Numbered from the stretch's first letter, positions 15,001-28,879 are shown. The stretch: DNA of 64,000 nt from Takakia lepidozioides (GCA_030704615.1 CM060733.1:75640001-75704000); one strand, 5' to 3'. The notes: generated by a model from the letters alone, not told the origin. Translations and numbers: made by a program.

Positions 15001-18000
15001 TCTTGACCCTGCTGGATAAATCTGACTTAGAGGCTGTCGTGTCCTCAGCCATGTCTGTTGCCATGAGATTGTCTGATGAAAATGAAGTTAGGCAGAAAAC
15101 TTCCCTGAACTTGTTTCCAGTCTGTGACGTGGGGGAGGACATCTTGGATGACCTCAAGGGTCTACCCACTCTCGGCACTAGACTGAAATTTAAACTCAGG
15201 GCAGGAAGCCTACCTTTGAACAGCAAACAGAAGCAGAGAGGAAAGGGAGAGTGCAATTGCCCGTTGTGTGGGCAATCTGAAGACAGTATTCATTTCTGAT
15301 ACACTGTCCGGGGTTCTCTCACCAAAGAGACGCTCTCTTCAAATCTATTAAGGGAATTGTGCCTGTACCCCTGTTTACCAACTTTGAAAGTCTCGAGGCT
15401 GAGCCAAAAGCCCAGGCCCTCCTGAGGCCTAGTTTTTGGGCAAATCACACACAGCAGATTGATGCTTGTGTGAAGGGATTTCTAGAGGATATCTGGAAAA
15501 CCCGGATTAATTCTTTATATGGAGGTAAGTCTTACTACCAACGTCAGCCCCTGACAGAGGTAGGTTCTGTCCCTTTTGTTCCCGCTCAAACTGGGCGCGG
15601 GGTCAATGGCCACAAGGCTACGGCAATCTTATGAGTACAATCTCTCCTGTCTCCTATAGCCACAAGGTTACGGCAAACGTCGTCTTATGAGCACATTCTC
15701 CTGTCTCCTATGGGCCCTAATTTTCTTTCTACTTTTCCTTTCATTCTCTCCATCTTAGTTTTCTCAGCCAAGGGTAGAAACACTGCTTCATATAGAAACC
15801 TCAAACAGTACCTTTGGCAAGCCAAGAGAAGTCCACCTCTGCAGGGGTTGAGTTGAGGCAAAACAGACCCTAAGACAAAAGCAGCTAGGAAATCAAACTG
15901 CTTGCACCATGAGAACGGAATACCCGGCCATAACAGTGGATGAATCAAGGAATGCCTCTATATCCCTTAGTATCTCTCCGTCTCTGCGCAACATGTGGGG
16001 TTGGAGTTGTTTTGGTTTCTGTTGTCCCTTATGTCCTTTTTTCGCTCTTGAACTCCTCTAGACATAAGCACAACACATTTCTGAGTGAAGTCAGGTGTTC
16101 TGACAGGCTTTTGGTTTTCTCTTGCAGTTCTGCCATGTCCATAGACCTTCTGGGCCTCCAGTGGGAATTTCTCATTTTCTTCTCTCTCCTAGTGGATATG
16201 GCAAACTTTGCAGCTGCACAAAATGGATTCTAGACGTACTTATTTGCACTCTTCCTGGTTCTTTGTTTCACTTGTACCAGGAAGGGTGCTTTACCGTTTA
16301 AGGATATAGTATGAGTTACTTCTCAACGATCTGGAAGTGAGTAAGCTGAATGAACTATAGCTGTTCACAGGGCCTGCTGAAATAACATGGGCATATCACA
16401 TTCTTTTTGGCTGGTTTTCATCAAGGAATGTCCCAAGGTTGAATGTCCTGAATCTTATGTCGTGCAGGGTGTACCCACTGCACTTGCTGCATGAGCTGGA
16501 GACACGGGTTTGGTTGCTTGCAGTGGAGTCTGAAGTAGAGATACAGAACAGGAGGGACCAAGGTTCCATGCCCTCAGGGCACTCAAGTCCTGCGGAAGTG
16601 TCAGGCTCCAGGGGGCTTTCAGGCAATGCTGTGAGTTCTGTAAGCCCAGTTGATCTGACTGCAAGTGCTGTCACAGTGGTTGACAGCCATTTGAAAAGGG
16701 CCAACATTAGATCGAATACAGAAAGCTCGTCTGATGACACGGGACGGAGATTTTCACGTAGTATGCCAAGTGGGGAAAGTACATCCCTCAATGGATCAGC
16801 CACTAAGGTGAAACGAAGACTGAAACAGCTGAAACGAACACCTGCCGACCCCACAGAAGGTGGTCCTCCTAGTGATTCCGACATTGACAGCCCTCGGAGA
16901 GAGGCTCAATTGAGAGAGTACAGAAATGGAGGGGCAGAACCACAATCAATTCCATTAGATGAAAGCAGTGCCCGGACTGAAGAGGGAGTGGGAGGGTGGG
17001 AGGAACGTGTGGGAGAAGGTGAAGTGGAGAGAGCAGTATTGGCTTTGGTGGAGGTCGGCCAAGTCACAGCTGCAAAGCAGTTACAGCAGAAGTTGTCCCC
17101 TGCACGTGTGCCCTTGGAGCTCTTACTTGTGGATGCTGCTCAGACAGTTGCTATGCTTTCAATGCCAGCTGTGAAGGGCTCTGTTGTGCCAGATTTTCTC
17201 CACCCTGTTGTCCTTGAATGCCTCCGCTCCACGGAATTGCCTGATAATTTTGCATCTGTTTCAGCAATGCAGGTAATTTTTTAACTTCGTGTTGGTCATG
17301 CTCCTCTCTGTATGATCTGGCTGTGGAAATTGCATCTGGTTTACATGCGTACATATGTAATGAGAGACTGCAGAGAGGTTGCTAAGCTTGTATAGTGTGT
17401 CCTTAATTCTAGTGTCATCTCCTTCCATGTGAGGTTTATGTATTTGGAGCTGCAGGTGTTGAATGCATTGACAACGGCATGCCGGGAAGGTTGTGGGCGA
17501 GGTCTATGCCGCCGAATAGCTGCAGTGGCTCAGATTGCAAACTTTCTAGGTTTGCCTTTTGCAGAAGCATTTCAAAAGCAGCCACCACAGCTGCTACAGC
17601 TTCTCTCTCTGAAAGGCCAGGAGGCGCTTCCCGAGGCTAACCTGTTGGTGGCTACCCACTCCATGCGTGCTTCTACCATTGCCCGAATCCTTGCTGAAGC
17701 TTTTTTGAAGGTAAAGTTCAACCGTTCAGTCTTTGGGATGTGCTCAGCTGGTAAAGGATTGGTGATGGCGCTTTTCAGCACTCACAAAATCCTGAAACAA
17801 GTTTTAAGGAGTTGCTTCCCAAGGACTTCAGTAGCAAAGCAGCAGCTGGTGTGGACATGAGGCCACTGTCTCGTATTTATTGGAAGTTTGGTTAGGGGGG
17901 ATGTTCTTTGAACTTGTGCTGTATTTTTGCAGGGTCTGGTTGCAGCACATCGGGGAGGATATATGAACTCCTCACAAAGAGAAGAGGGCCCTGCTCCCTT

Positions 18001-20466
18001 GCTTTGGAGACCCTCTAACTTCAAGCTATGGGCACAACTTTGTCCATCTGAGCCTGAGGTCGGGCATGCTCTGATGCGCCTGGTTATTAGCGGCCGAGAT
18101 ATGCCACACTCATGTGAGGTATATTTAACAACTGGGATCCGATGCCCTCTTACATGATGGCTTGGGTTCTTATTGCTGCAAAATATGGGTCCTTTGGGGA
18201 GAAAAGTTGGATGTGGTCAGGCCCAGTTTGCAGACCCTTTGTTAGGTCACAGGTCAAATCAACACCTTATATTTCTGGTTGTGCATTGTGAAAGAATCAC
18301 AGAGCGAAAGTTCCTCACAAGTGTGAAAATAGTTAATCGGTTTCTTGTTCTCTACGTGCAAATTCTCAATTTGGCTGGGTGGGGATCGGGAAAGGGGTCA
18401 CTGAGCCCTTGAGGTCAGAGTGAGAAGCCAAAGATGTTAACATGTCACGGATCTACATCTTAGCTTACCATACAGGCATTGTTATAGTCCTCTCTATAGC
18501 TTCTTATATAGCAAACTTAGCACTTCAAGGCCATGTTTCAAAGTACGTGGAATGTGTGCAGCCACCTCTTCTCCAGGCATTGGGAAAATAGTGACAGATA
18601 GGGTGTCTACAAGCTACACAATTACAGACATCCTTTGCATGAGGCGTAATCTTGATTGCATTGGTGGGCAGGTGGAGTTGATAATTTTGGCTCACCATTA
18701 TTACGAATCATCAGCATGCCTTGATGGTGTGGACGTGCTTGTAGCCCTTGCAGCCACACGTGTAGAGGCATATGTAGCAGAGGCAGACTTTGCATCACTA
18801 GCACGCTTAGTCACAGGTGTCAGCAACTTCCAGACTTTGCGTTTCGTACTAGACCTCCTCATCGAAAATGGGCAGCTGGAGCTCCTCCTCCAAAAGAGAG
18901 CTGCAGTGGATGCCGCCATGGAGTCTTCAGCGTCAATACGAGGGTTTCGCATGGCAGTCCTTTCAGCACTCAAGCACTTTAATCCTTATGATCAAGATGC
19001 TTTTGCTTTGGTTTGTAATCAACTCGCTTCTGCCCCTAGATACTAACATCAGGCATCAGATATTTTACACCTATGGTAGTTAGAGATTGCTCGAAATGTG
19101 CAAGTGCGTGTGGGGGTCTATAGGATATCTCCTTGTCTAAGTTGCAATTAAAGGAGATTGTTACTCCATCTTATATTCTTTCATTCAAAGGTCTGTTTTC
19201 CATGGGCACTTTGTGGTGAACAAGACAGCAAGTATTCCCTGATTCATTTATTTGCAAAGTTAGTGCCCTTATTGGAAATGTGGCATAATGTGTAGGTCTA
19301 CAGCCACTTCAGTATGGCACATGAGATGGCCGGATTGCTGAAGTCACGAGCGCGGAGAGGAATGGAGCACTGGATGAGGCGACATGATCCAGAGCTGATT
19401 GAGCAGCTGCTGGACGTGATGCGTTTGTTTGTGGAAGCTGCTGAAGTTTATGCAGGCATTGACGCAGGTAAGCTTGGACTATAAGCAGTAGGTGTGCCCC
19501 CTGCAACGTGGCTTATTCCAGGTCTTAAGAAAACCACACTGAACTCTCATTGCTGTGCTACTAAGGTATCTTGCAGCCAATTTTGAAAATGACTGGATTT
19601 CCACCTCCAGGCTGTCTGGGACTGGGCTTGCTGGCTGACCTTGCAGAGTATTTAGTCTAGCCTGCCTAAACGGAGTGATGCGACTCATTTCTTTCAGTGA
19701 TCTAGTCTACCTCCTTTATTGTTTTCTTAAGTTAGAAAAAACACATTTGGATGCTTCAACTAGTAGGTTTTTTGTTGTCCAGTTCTGCCGCAGTAGGATG
19801 CGGAATTGTGAATGTCTGTCAATGAAAATAGTTGTCTATGCCTGTCTGGTCTCGGAAATTTTCATAGACCTGTATGTCATCCGTGCAGGCAACAACACAA
19901 GCGGGTGCTGTGCCCAAGCTTCACTTGTTTCACTGCAGCTGAGGATGCCAGAGATGGGATGGCTTAATCTAACAGACACAAATGCACGGCGCTTACTGGT
20001 GGAGCAGCCACGTTTTCCTGAATCTCTTATTGTGGCAGAAGCTTATGAGCTGAATCAGTCAGCAGAGTGGGTGCCTGTCCTGTGGAACCAAATGCTACAG
20101 CCAGGACGAATTGATCAGTTTTTAGGTGAGTTTGTTGCTGCGCTCCCACTCCCAGCCACCATGCTTATGGAGCTGGCTCGATTCTATCGTGCTGAGGTCT
20201 CTGCCCGAGGTGACCAGTTGGACTTCACCAAGTGGCTAACCCCAGGAGGGGTGCCCTTGGAACTTGCAAGGTATCTGGGGAAGTCAATGAGATCTTTGTT
20301 GAAGCATGTTCGTGATATTCGGGTTAGGATCCAGCTTTCCACCGTGGCTACCGGGTTTCCAGATGTAGTGGATGCTTGCATGCGCACACTGGATAAAGTG
20401 CCTGACACTGCAGGGCCTCTCATCCTACGCAAGGGCCATGGTGGGACCTACATCCCTCTCATGTAG
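1..20466 (+). CDS. SPG11: Spatacsin (SPG11, AP-5 accessory subunit) homolog; 5' part lies upstream of the window; about 3180 aa encoded here
   Basis: Phase-consistent GT-AG exons: <1(or 20)-1999, 2156-2231, 3229-3351, 3882-4140, 4565-5089, 5495-5680, 5973-6290, 6892-7566, 8035-8434, 8585-8727, 9047-9241, 9742-9933, 10071-10652, 10921-10980, 11274-11596, 11782-12244, 12649-13113, 13670-13786, 14162-14283, 16468-17272, 17456-17710, 17933-18118, 18672-19010, 19296-19467, 19889-20466. Plant spatacsin-like motifs include LAAHRGGYM..PAPLLWR, VELIILAHHYY, LIVAEAYELNQSAEW and the C-terminus GPLILRKGHGGTYIPLM. Confidence 0.9.
14413..15640 (+). mobile_element. 5'-truncated non-LTR retrotransposon (LINE; RT thumb plus CCHC zinc finger) inside a spatacsin intron
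   Basis: ORF 14259-15299 contains YTYLGVEF..NWDAHI, IRPALEYGSAIW and CPLCGQSEDSIHF. A frameshift at about 15297 continues into LIHCP..GRGVNGHKATA. TCTCTCCTG flanks both ends. Two other copies occur in the window. Confidence 0.85.
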
Positions 20467-21563
20467 TCATCTCTTGGCATGTGTTCAAGTGAGGAGCTCA
20501 AAGATCTGTGTGATGGATAAAGGGAAGGGTACAACTGTATGAAATTGCCCGTTTACATACTGAGGAGATTCACTGAGTTCAGTCTACTTGAGGAGTTGCA
20601 GCCTTGTCCAACTGTGCACCCATGACCTTGGATTGGCACGAGATTTGCAATTTCCTTCTCTACTCCCCGGACTGCAAATGACTACTCTAGTTGCTCCAAC
20701 TGTAAGAAAGCATGGTAAGCTGGCCAAGACTACTAGTGTGGGGATGTACACAGACCCGGATGCACCGGCACCTTGCTTGTTAAAAGAGGCTGAAGTTACA
20801 CCTTGTTACATCTTTGTTTTTATTAGTTTCACGGTATCTTTTGATCACATTTTTGGCATATGTGGGGGTGGCAATACACTACAAACAGCTCTGGTTGCAA
20901 CACTTCCTGCTGCCCTTTCTGTACTTTACTTAATTTCCAGTGATCTATTGGAATCACAATTGCCTGATGTAGGATTAACATCTTTGCCCTCAATACATTG
21001 GTATATATGTCCCAGACAGATCTAATAAATTTACTGATTAGCTACTGTTTTAGATACCCAGTCACATATTTGGACTAATTGCACTCAATGACAGTTGTGA
21101 AGAGGCACAATGGAAGAGGGGGCACATTAGTGAGCATTAGGTTTGCCAGATGTTCCAGATCTGGCCCAACCTTGTCCTAATCAAAGTGAGGTGGTGAGAT
21201 GCTCACATGTGTGTCCGAAGAGTTGTACATACCATCCACAACATCAAGGGTTGGCAGTTTCTGGCAAAGTTTGTGAGCATCCCCATAGAGACAACAGTGC
21301 CCAAATTTGGCTACTTTCCTCAGAACTGTTGAACACCAATGATTTAATAGAATAACAGAATTTGTTGATAAGAACAGGAAAGAACAAAAGTGAAGCGGCG
21401 GTTAGGCTGGTATCTGGTTGGCACAACTCTACCATCACCTGCAGGGTTACAATGTGTAGGCACTATAACACCTCTTACAGTAGAGATTTGTCTGGCACAC
21501 AAAGCAGACATTGTAGACAACCCAAACTTCATCTGTGAACTTATTCTGACCGGATGAAATATA

Positions 21564-23405
21564 TTACAGTTCTTGCGAGAAAGGTTTTAAGGACTTCTCC
21601 AATTCGCTGGAGCTTAACACTCTAGTGCTACTTACATGAGGGACTGTTGAATTAATCTGCCCAATTTCTGCAAAATCGACTGGTTGCAAACAAAACCGAT
21701 GCTCCATGGCCCCAACAACAGCATCCATGAAAGTCTCAGTAGATGGCATATAGTCTTTCAGCCGGCACATGAAATCAGAGTGAGGTCGTGCCTGACACAT
21801 ACAATCCAATAAACTAGGTCAACCATGTTACTGGTTAAGTCAGTGGACACTATATGAGTGTCCCAAACACCCAACACATCATATTGTTTCTAGATCCCTG
21901 AAGCCCTATCCTTGCTGGTGCCTCAGCCACCTAGCCAACCAACATACCAAGCCAGGCATATATCTGCATGCAGTGCACACAGCAATGATCTACCTTACCG
22001 GGCAATTCCTCATTTGGTAAAGTCTGCTCAAAGAGGTAACTTACAAGGCGATAACTTGGTGCCCGCATTGGAAGCCTCAAATATGCCATATGGAAGTCTT
22101 GGTAGTCCCACAAAAACGATGTATGATGAAGCCATCTATCCTTAATGATGGATTGGGCATTACCCCCAAACTTCTTATTGCCCAATACATAATCTGCATC
22201 ATAATCCAAGCTAGAGTTAGAATCTTTCAATGTACTTAATCAGACAAAAGATCTTTCCTGGATCTTGTAAAGTGAACCACCATTCTTTATAGTAGCGCTT
22301 CTAAGAATAAAGTGCACTGTTCCTAAGCAATAACATGTATTGTTGCACAGGCTGCTCTTGACAAATGTTGCATGTGTATCTAAACAGTGTTGCTTCTGAC
22401 TCTGCAATTGTTCTAGATCAGTCATTTTGTTCTCTTCTCAACTTGCCAACAGTCTTCCATTGATGGCAGTCCAATGAAACCTCATCAAGAACTGGCGAAA
22501 CTGGTCTGTGTTAGACCGCCATCTCGGCCCAAGTGTGGTAGCATAACACATCCTTCCGAGTGAGTCTGTCGAGTGGGGTAATGTTTTGGCAAGTAAGAAT
22601 CATAGAGCATCTGGCATTCACTTGTAATATGGAGGGCTCTACGGTGCAGCGTGCGGTGCATGAGGATTCAGTAATCCACGCACAAGGTAGAATACAAGGT
22701 TTCCCCTCCAATTTACGTGTCTCAGTCAAATTCTTCAGAAATGTCAAGTCCAGAGACAGCTTACAAAAAGTACAGGTTTCTACCATGCTCACGGAGATGA
22801 AAGCCAGGGACACTGTCAAAGGCAGGCGCATACAGGTGCTCTGTCCAGTCCATGATAGGGCGCGGGTAGAGCTGCACCCCTGGCACAGCGGAACGTGCAC
22901 AAATCAGGGTCACAAAGATGGTGCCATTGTCCACAATCACTGTTCCGCCGCCACTGAAACGGCGAATAACAGTGATGCCGTCCTGCACAACAGCCTTCAC
23001 GTCCAGCAGCTGCTCTGGCTTCCTGCAATGGTAATCGTACGACGGCGCTCTGGTGTCATGCCCAACCTGTATATATGCCCTAAGTGAGTTGGCTGCCGAC
23101 AGATAGGGAGAGACGGAGCTTAACTAGCTTACCTAATCCAGCCCATAACCCTCTTCCATGTCAAAATATGCTCTGCATCAATTGTTGATGAGGAAATAGC
23201 ATTGTACCTGGCCAAGATTCAACCAGAAGAAAACGGCACAGAAATTGTACCCAGAAATGCCCATGACGATCGCAGGCGGACTGGTCCCCTGGTTGATAAG
23301 GCACCAGTTATCCTGCGTGGTTCGAAGAAGTCGCTCCTCCAGCACCAACTGCTGCACTATAGGATACCCTCCAAGCCGCAGCAGACGCATCGCCGGCCTC
23401 GCCAT
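21564..23405 (-). CDS. LPLA: Lipoate-protein ligase A-like protein (BPL/LPL catalytic domain), about 256 aa
   Basis: Exons 23405-23251, 23022-22784, 22193-22045 and 21791-21564 are in phase. Motifs: QLVLEERLLR, IVMGISGKP, RRFSGGGTVIVD, DYVLGNKKFGGNAQ, RWLHHTSFLWDY. Confidence 0.88.
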
Positions 23406-23616
23406 CGCCTCTCTTCTTCTCTCTTCGTCCGCGACTTAGGGTTTTTGTTTGCACTTGCGTCGACACGACAATTCCCGCAATAGAACTGGCTCCTGCCTTG
23501 CCTCGGTTTTAGGGCAAACGGATTACAGTCGCAATGGTCGTCGTCCAGAGGCGATGTACAAACTTCAAATTGCGAGAAGGAAGACACACACACGATGCCC
23601 CAGTATAAGAGCAGAC
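23406..23616. promoter_or_regulatory. Short divergent (bidirectional) promoter/UTR region between LplA and SGF11, with a telo-box (AAACCCTAA, minus strand, 23436-23444)
   Basis: The inferred start codons are only about 210 bp apart and point in opposite directions. TTAGGGTTT is present at 23436. Confidence 0.5.
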
Positions 23617-26316
23617 ATGATGAGGCCGGCCGTGGATGACCAGGCGTGCGAAGCGCTGGAGGCAGGCCAGCCATGGTGGTTGCCAGTTTGAAGCCTTCCG
23701 TTCAGGCAGGTTGAGTCTGTTGAGGAGCATTCTGATTCCGAGTCAGAGGGATTGTATGTAATGGGTGTGGGAAGGGGGTAGATGTTCAACCACCCACAAT
23801 CGCGTGTGGGTTTGTGAGGGAGAGATTGTCATTCTAAATTTACGTTTTGTTGAGTTGTACTACCATCGAGCTCAGAGCAGTCTTTCATCTGAGCATTGTG
23901 CATTAGCGCAGGAAGAAGGGATTTTATGTTTCTCTATTGAATTTGGTGGTCTTTTTCCCTATCCTCTCATGCACACAGATTATTTGAGTGTGTTTCTGCA
24001 CGTTATTGCTTTATCTACACGGCATTTTTGAACTGTAGCAAGGAGATACAGGACTTGGTGATTCCTGACTTGATATGCTTTTATTCAAAGGTATAAGGTT
24101 ATGCAAGGGGCCTCTCTGACAGAAGAGCCCCCGAGCAAGTCTGTCCTGCACATCGGCTTGTCGATCTGATTTGTGCAGTCTCCAACATCATCGTGGAGAG
24201 ATGGGTATTTACAGGCTCACAACGCTCAAACTGCTTTCGCCGAGCTGCTTGACTCTCTAGTCGTTGAAGTGGCAACAGAAGCCCATAGAGCCGCGCGCTT
24301 GGGGTTTGACTACAGGCTTGATAATGAGGAGGAAGAGGAAGCACAGTTGTGTATGCATGCTAGAGCGACTGTGGGAGATGTGGATATCGGTGGAACTGAG
24401 ACGGGTGGCAAGTATGCAGTCGATGTGTTCGGCCAATCACATCCCACCATTGCAAGTGAGATGCTTGATTGTATGAATTGTGGCCGTCCAATTGTGGCTG
24501 GCCGGTTTGCTCCTCATCTGGAGAAGTGTATGGGGAAGGTGAGACTTCCTGCCGTGTCAGCTCTGTTGGCTTTCACCTATACATGGACTGTTTTACATCT
24601 AAATACCTGCTGATATACCTTGTTCTCTGCTTTCCACCACTGGCCCTGGTTGTATCTCAGCCCCTCCACAATTGCACTTCTATTTTTTGTGGTGGTGGTG
24701 GGGGGGGGGGAGGAGGGGTGTGGGTTTCCTGAAGCAGCGCTTTTTCTTAGATTAAAGCTTATGGACGATACCTGAAAGCTCTGAATCCACTATTCCCCAT
24801 CACATTGTCATTGACATCAACCTGCAGTTCTTTTGGTACTTATATTAGGAAGGGCTAGAATCTCTTCCAGCTCGATGAACACAGCATGCATCATCATGTG
24901 TGTAGCCTGTCTGACTGAGAAGTACTTCTCGTCTTCAAATTCAGCTTAGTTTGGCATTATACTTTGGGCTGGTGTTCCGCACATTATTGTAGTATCAAAT
25001 TCAATTGCTACAGCAAGATGAGATCTGTGCCTGTAGTCTGTTGTGGCTATTGCTTGCTTTTTGGGGAGACAGTTGAACCTTGTCTTAACTTGCAAAGTTT
25101 GACTTTTGACTGCAGGGTCGAAAAGCACGCTTAAAGGCAAGTTCCAACACGAGCTCAGCGCAGCAGCGGTGGGGACGGACTGCCGCACTTTCATTAACTG
25201 CTAACAACACAGGGACCAGTAGCAACCGCACACCAAATAAGATGATGGCTCGAACACCCGCTTCAACTGCCGAGGACTCGCAGCAAAGTCTGATGGAGGT
25301 CAATGATGCTACATCTGAAGAAAGCCCAGAGGATGACAAGGTATTGATTTCTGATGTTTTAATTTCCCAATTAGGTTGGGGTGGAGAGAATTTTCCGAAT
25401 GCCAAGATCTTGCAAATCGTTACTTCGAAGTGCTTCTGTATTTTCATTGCTTTTTTCATTCCCAACAAAGGTTGACACATTGGTATAGAACCCAAAAATA
25501 CCAGCTAATAGGCTCCTTTTATGTGTCTGGCTACATGTAGCTAGGGTCCTCATTTGTGCTGAAGCTAGCAGAGTACTTAACCCCCATGTAGGTATTATGA
25601 ACTGCAGTAGGTCGTTTCTGTCAAAGTCAGAGTGAGGATCAAGGCATGGGGCAGTAATGGTACAGCAAGCCTCCATGGAAGCTAAAATGAGAGGGTTTGG
25701 AGTCTTTGCAGTATCTCCTCTGTTGGAGGTAAATGTGGATTTGCTGCACTAGATAGGTCACTCTGCATGTGGGTCTTGTGGGTCTTGTGGGCCTCATTAG
25801 GCATTATGGGCTTTCCCTGACTTTAAGGGATGATGGATGAACGGAAATATTGGTGTACAGGATATACTGCCAGTGCACCCGCATCCTGGCAAAGCAAGAT
25901 CAAAAATAAGCTCAAGAAAAGGCCTCAGAGCAGGTCTGGGAGTTCTGGGTCGGCAGGCATCCACAGCTACAGTGCCGTTTCCCTCTGAAGGTGTGAGTGG
26001 TCGAGCTTCATCAGTGCCAGACACCGCACTGGGGTCACAGGCTGGGTTGGTGTCAGGAATGGCTGTGCAGGTTTCTGTTGAATCTGGGACTGTTAGTGTG
26101 AATCACAAGATAGGCCTGTCAGGCAATTTAATGCAGTCAGGCAACCCTAAAGGAAAAAGACTCGGTGAGAAGAAGAAGAACATGGGACGAGCCCTTGCAG
26201 GCAGTGCCAGTGTCATGAATAGTGACATGCCTGGAGATGCCAGGAAGAGTGTCGAGGTGAGAGTTGAAGCCTCAGACAATGCATCAATGCTACCCTACAG
26301 GAACCATGTATGGTGA
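23617..26316 (+). CDS. SGF11: SAGA deubiquitination-module subunit SGF11 (ATXN7L3 homolog), about 343 aa
   Basis: Exons 24215-24538, 25116-25340 and 25861-26316 are firm. The first exon 23617-23643 is tentative because it needs a GC donor. Signature sequences: LLDSLVVEVATEAHR and the zinc finger [28 protein letters not shown]. Confidence 0.87.
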
Positions 26317-26892
26317 ATGGTGACTGTCCCAGCCAAATGGGTTTGCAGTAGCATTGTGTGCATCTCTAAGGATGTCTTGTACAGACCACTGATTCTCAAT
26401 GGTGGCCGTCAACAACAGTCGAGGTTATGACCACTTTCACCGAAACCATTATCTGGAACCAAACTTAAGAGTATGGAAGAAACTATGGAGTTTGCAGCTA
26501 GGTAATCCCAAAAGACTCAAAAGGATACTGTCTTGCCAGACACCATGCACCCTAGGCTTGGCTTGGCCTGATTAAAACCTGGTTTAGTTATTCTTACCTC
26601 CATCAGACCATGCACTGGTATTGGGCAGAGGATCTTTCAGAGGCCATCTGCCAATATGTACGGCAAGTAGTATGTTCGGGACAGTAAGCAAAGCAGATTC
26701 ACTTCTCTGAAGGTTTGAAGTTGGGAGTGCTATGAATCTCCAAGGTTTCCAGGATGTCTGAAGACTCAGCTACCTCTGGGTTGGGTCACACCACATATGT
26801 TTGTGTTTTTCCTGGATACATTTTTTGCTAGCCTGTCTTCCAATCATGCTTCACTCATTATGGATGCCAGTGTGAGCCATGAAAGAGTTGTG

Positions 26893-26987
26893 TACTCTTC
26901 TCCTTTGAAGCTGCATCTACTGGAGTCTGAGGGTAAGAGGCAAAAGAAATGGGGAGAACTCTCTGTTCTTCAAAACGTGTACAATTC
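26893..26987 (+). repeat. 95-bp direct repeat, copy 1 (copy 2 at 34150-34244)
   Basis: TACTCTTCTCCTTTGAAGCTGCATCTACTGGAGTCTGAGGGTAAGA...GTGTACAATTC occurs at both sites with few mismatches. Confidence 0.85.
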
Positions 26988-28879
26988 AATTCATAGGAGT
27001 GTCAACCAATGTTTGCAAGGCCCTGTCAACCCCTGGGGCCTGGTTGTGGCCAGCTTGGACTGCCCGCATCACCGGCACTATCCCTCGGACATAGTTGCCC
27101 AGGGTGGCCCTGCCCACAACTCCTTTTATTAGTCCCTGGCCCCACACTTGGATTCGGAACCGTTGGCTCCTAATACTAGTGGGTCCTTAAGCTCTCCTCA
27201 AAGTTCTCTTCTTAGGTCAGAAAGTACATCAATTTCTCCAGTTGATTCAAAAGCTAAAAGCTAGAGTGTGAGATTGAAGTAATCCAAACAAGAGCAACCT
27301 CTGTCTCGGAAGTTGTGAAGCAGTTGGCATCCTGGACAACAATTGCTCGCTCAACAATCAACATGACCCCCGAGTAAGTGCTAAGTAGAGCTTTGACATA
27401 CATCCGAAAAGAGACTAACAGATGTTCGATCGCTCTAAAAACTGCAACATACAGGTCAATGGTTTTCAGTGGTGGTGCCTGCCAAAATGTATGATCATAC
27501 CCAAGCGTTGACCACCTTCGGGTGGTCTCTTTATTCATAGCTTTTGCAGCATCCATGAGCAGCTGGAGCCTTGTCCAATACAGAGGAATTCAAGGATCAC
27601 ATCCACATGCCCCAGGGCACCGTGGAGGGGTGTCAGTTTTGTCCTTGGTGGAAACGCCGCGCTGGGGTGATGCCTACTTCATTGGCTTAGCGAAGAAAGG
27701 TGGAGAGATTGTCCAAGTGTGTGGAATGTACCGACTTGCATGTCTGAGAGAGAAAGAACCCTCATTCCGCACATTCCCCACGTCTGTCGGTCCATATGAC
27801 ACCCCATCAATTGATGCCAGGGGTACTAAAACTCGCAGCTCGCCTATTGTCGGGTTTCAGCCTGAAACCTTACAGCCAGTAGTATAAACTCAAATTGTGG
27901 TGAAATTGCCACGACATTAACATGCAGCAGAGACAGCAATCTCCTAGATGAAGTAAAAAAGTGTACATTCAATGGCATCGTCATCGTACTAGATAAGGTA
28001 AGGTTGATTCCAGCGTGGTTCGCGCTTTACCTGGAAACAGAAATGCGGCAGTGGTAGCAACATTGGTCACCCTGCTAAAAACAAAGAGCGAAAAAGAATT
28101 AGGAGAGATAGTTCTTACAACCACACAGGAGAGTACGGAAAGGAGGTGGGGAAGTAGGAGGGCTTGCAGGTATGACGCCTGCGAGAAGCAGGATAACTGC
28201 ATGATGAGAATCATGATGAACAAGCGACTGATCATAGTCATACTTTGAACAATCATACCCTGCACACGGGCCAACATCCCCCTTCATACTACATCTTTCT
28301 TGTGAACTTCTCTCCCGCACAGAATCACCGTTCCTGTTTGCCGTGCCAGCAATGACACAGCCACCTGTACAGCCAAAACCCACCATCTGGACTGTTACAA
28401 CTGCTAAAACCAGAGAGGAGGTAAATGCAGGCTGCAGGGAGTCCTAACTTGGCCAGATAAGATTTGGGCTTCAGGAAGAGTTCTACTCTCAAGTGACCAT
28501 TTCTTGAATAGTAAGCAGTTTTCCTTATCTGAAAGGCTTGAAATGGACAGAGTGACTGTGATCTGACTGCAACACTGAGTATTCCGATGGATTCCATAGT
28601 ATCATGGAAATCTTAGTTTCGTCCTCAACGTACATCTGTTTTGTGTCGGTGGAAATCTTAGTTCCATCACGCATATTATATGTTTGAACCGGTCGGTGTT
28701 TTTGCATGGTATTCTCGCTGATCTCGTCTCGCTCTCTTGCTCTTCTCTTCTAAGCAGGCCTAACAATAGAGGTATGGTGAGTAGCGGAACATGGACTACA
28801 AGTATGAACTCATCTGGAATGGATTTTATTCCAGAGGTCGTGTTTATCTCCCATCTTTCACATGGAGGTGCTATTGTGT

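Noticed and set aside
14259-15299. 346-aa ORF as a spatacsin exon or host RT fusion
   Set aside because: Spatacsin splices in phase from 14283 to 16468; the ORF is an intronic LINE fragment.
27000-28700. Possible gene or gag/protease remnant
   Set aside because: The ORFs are short and carry no motif I can support.
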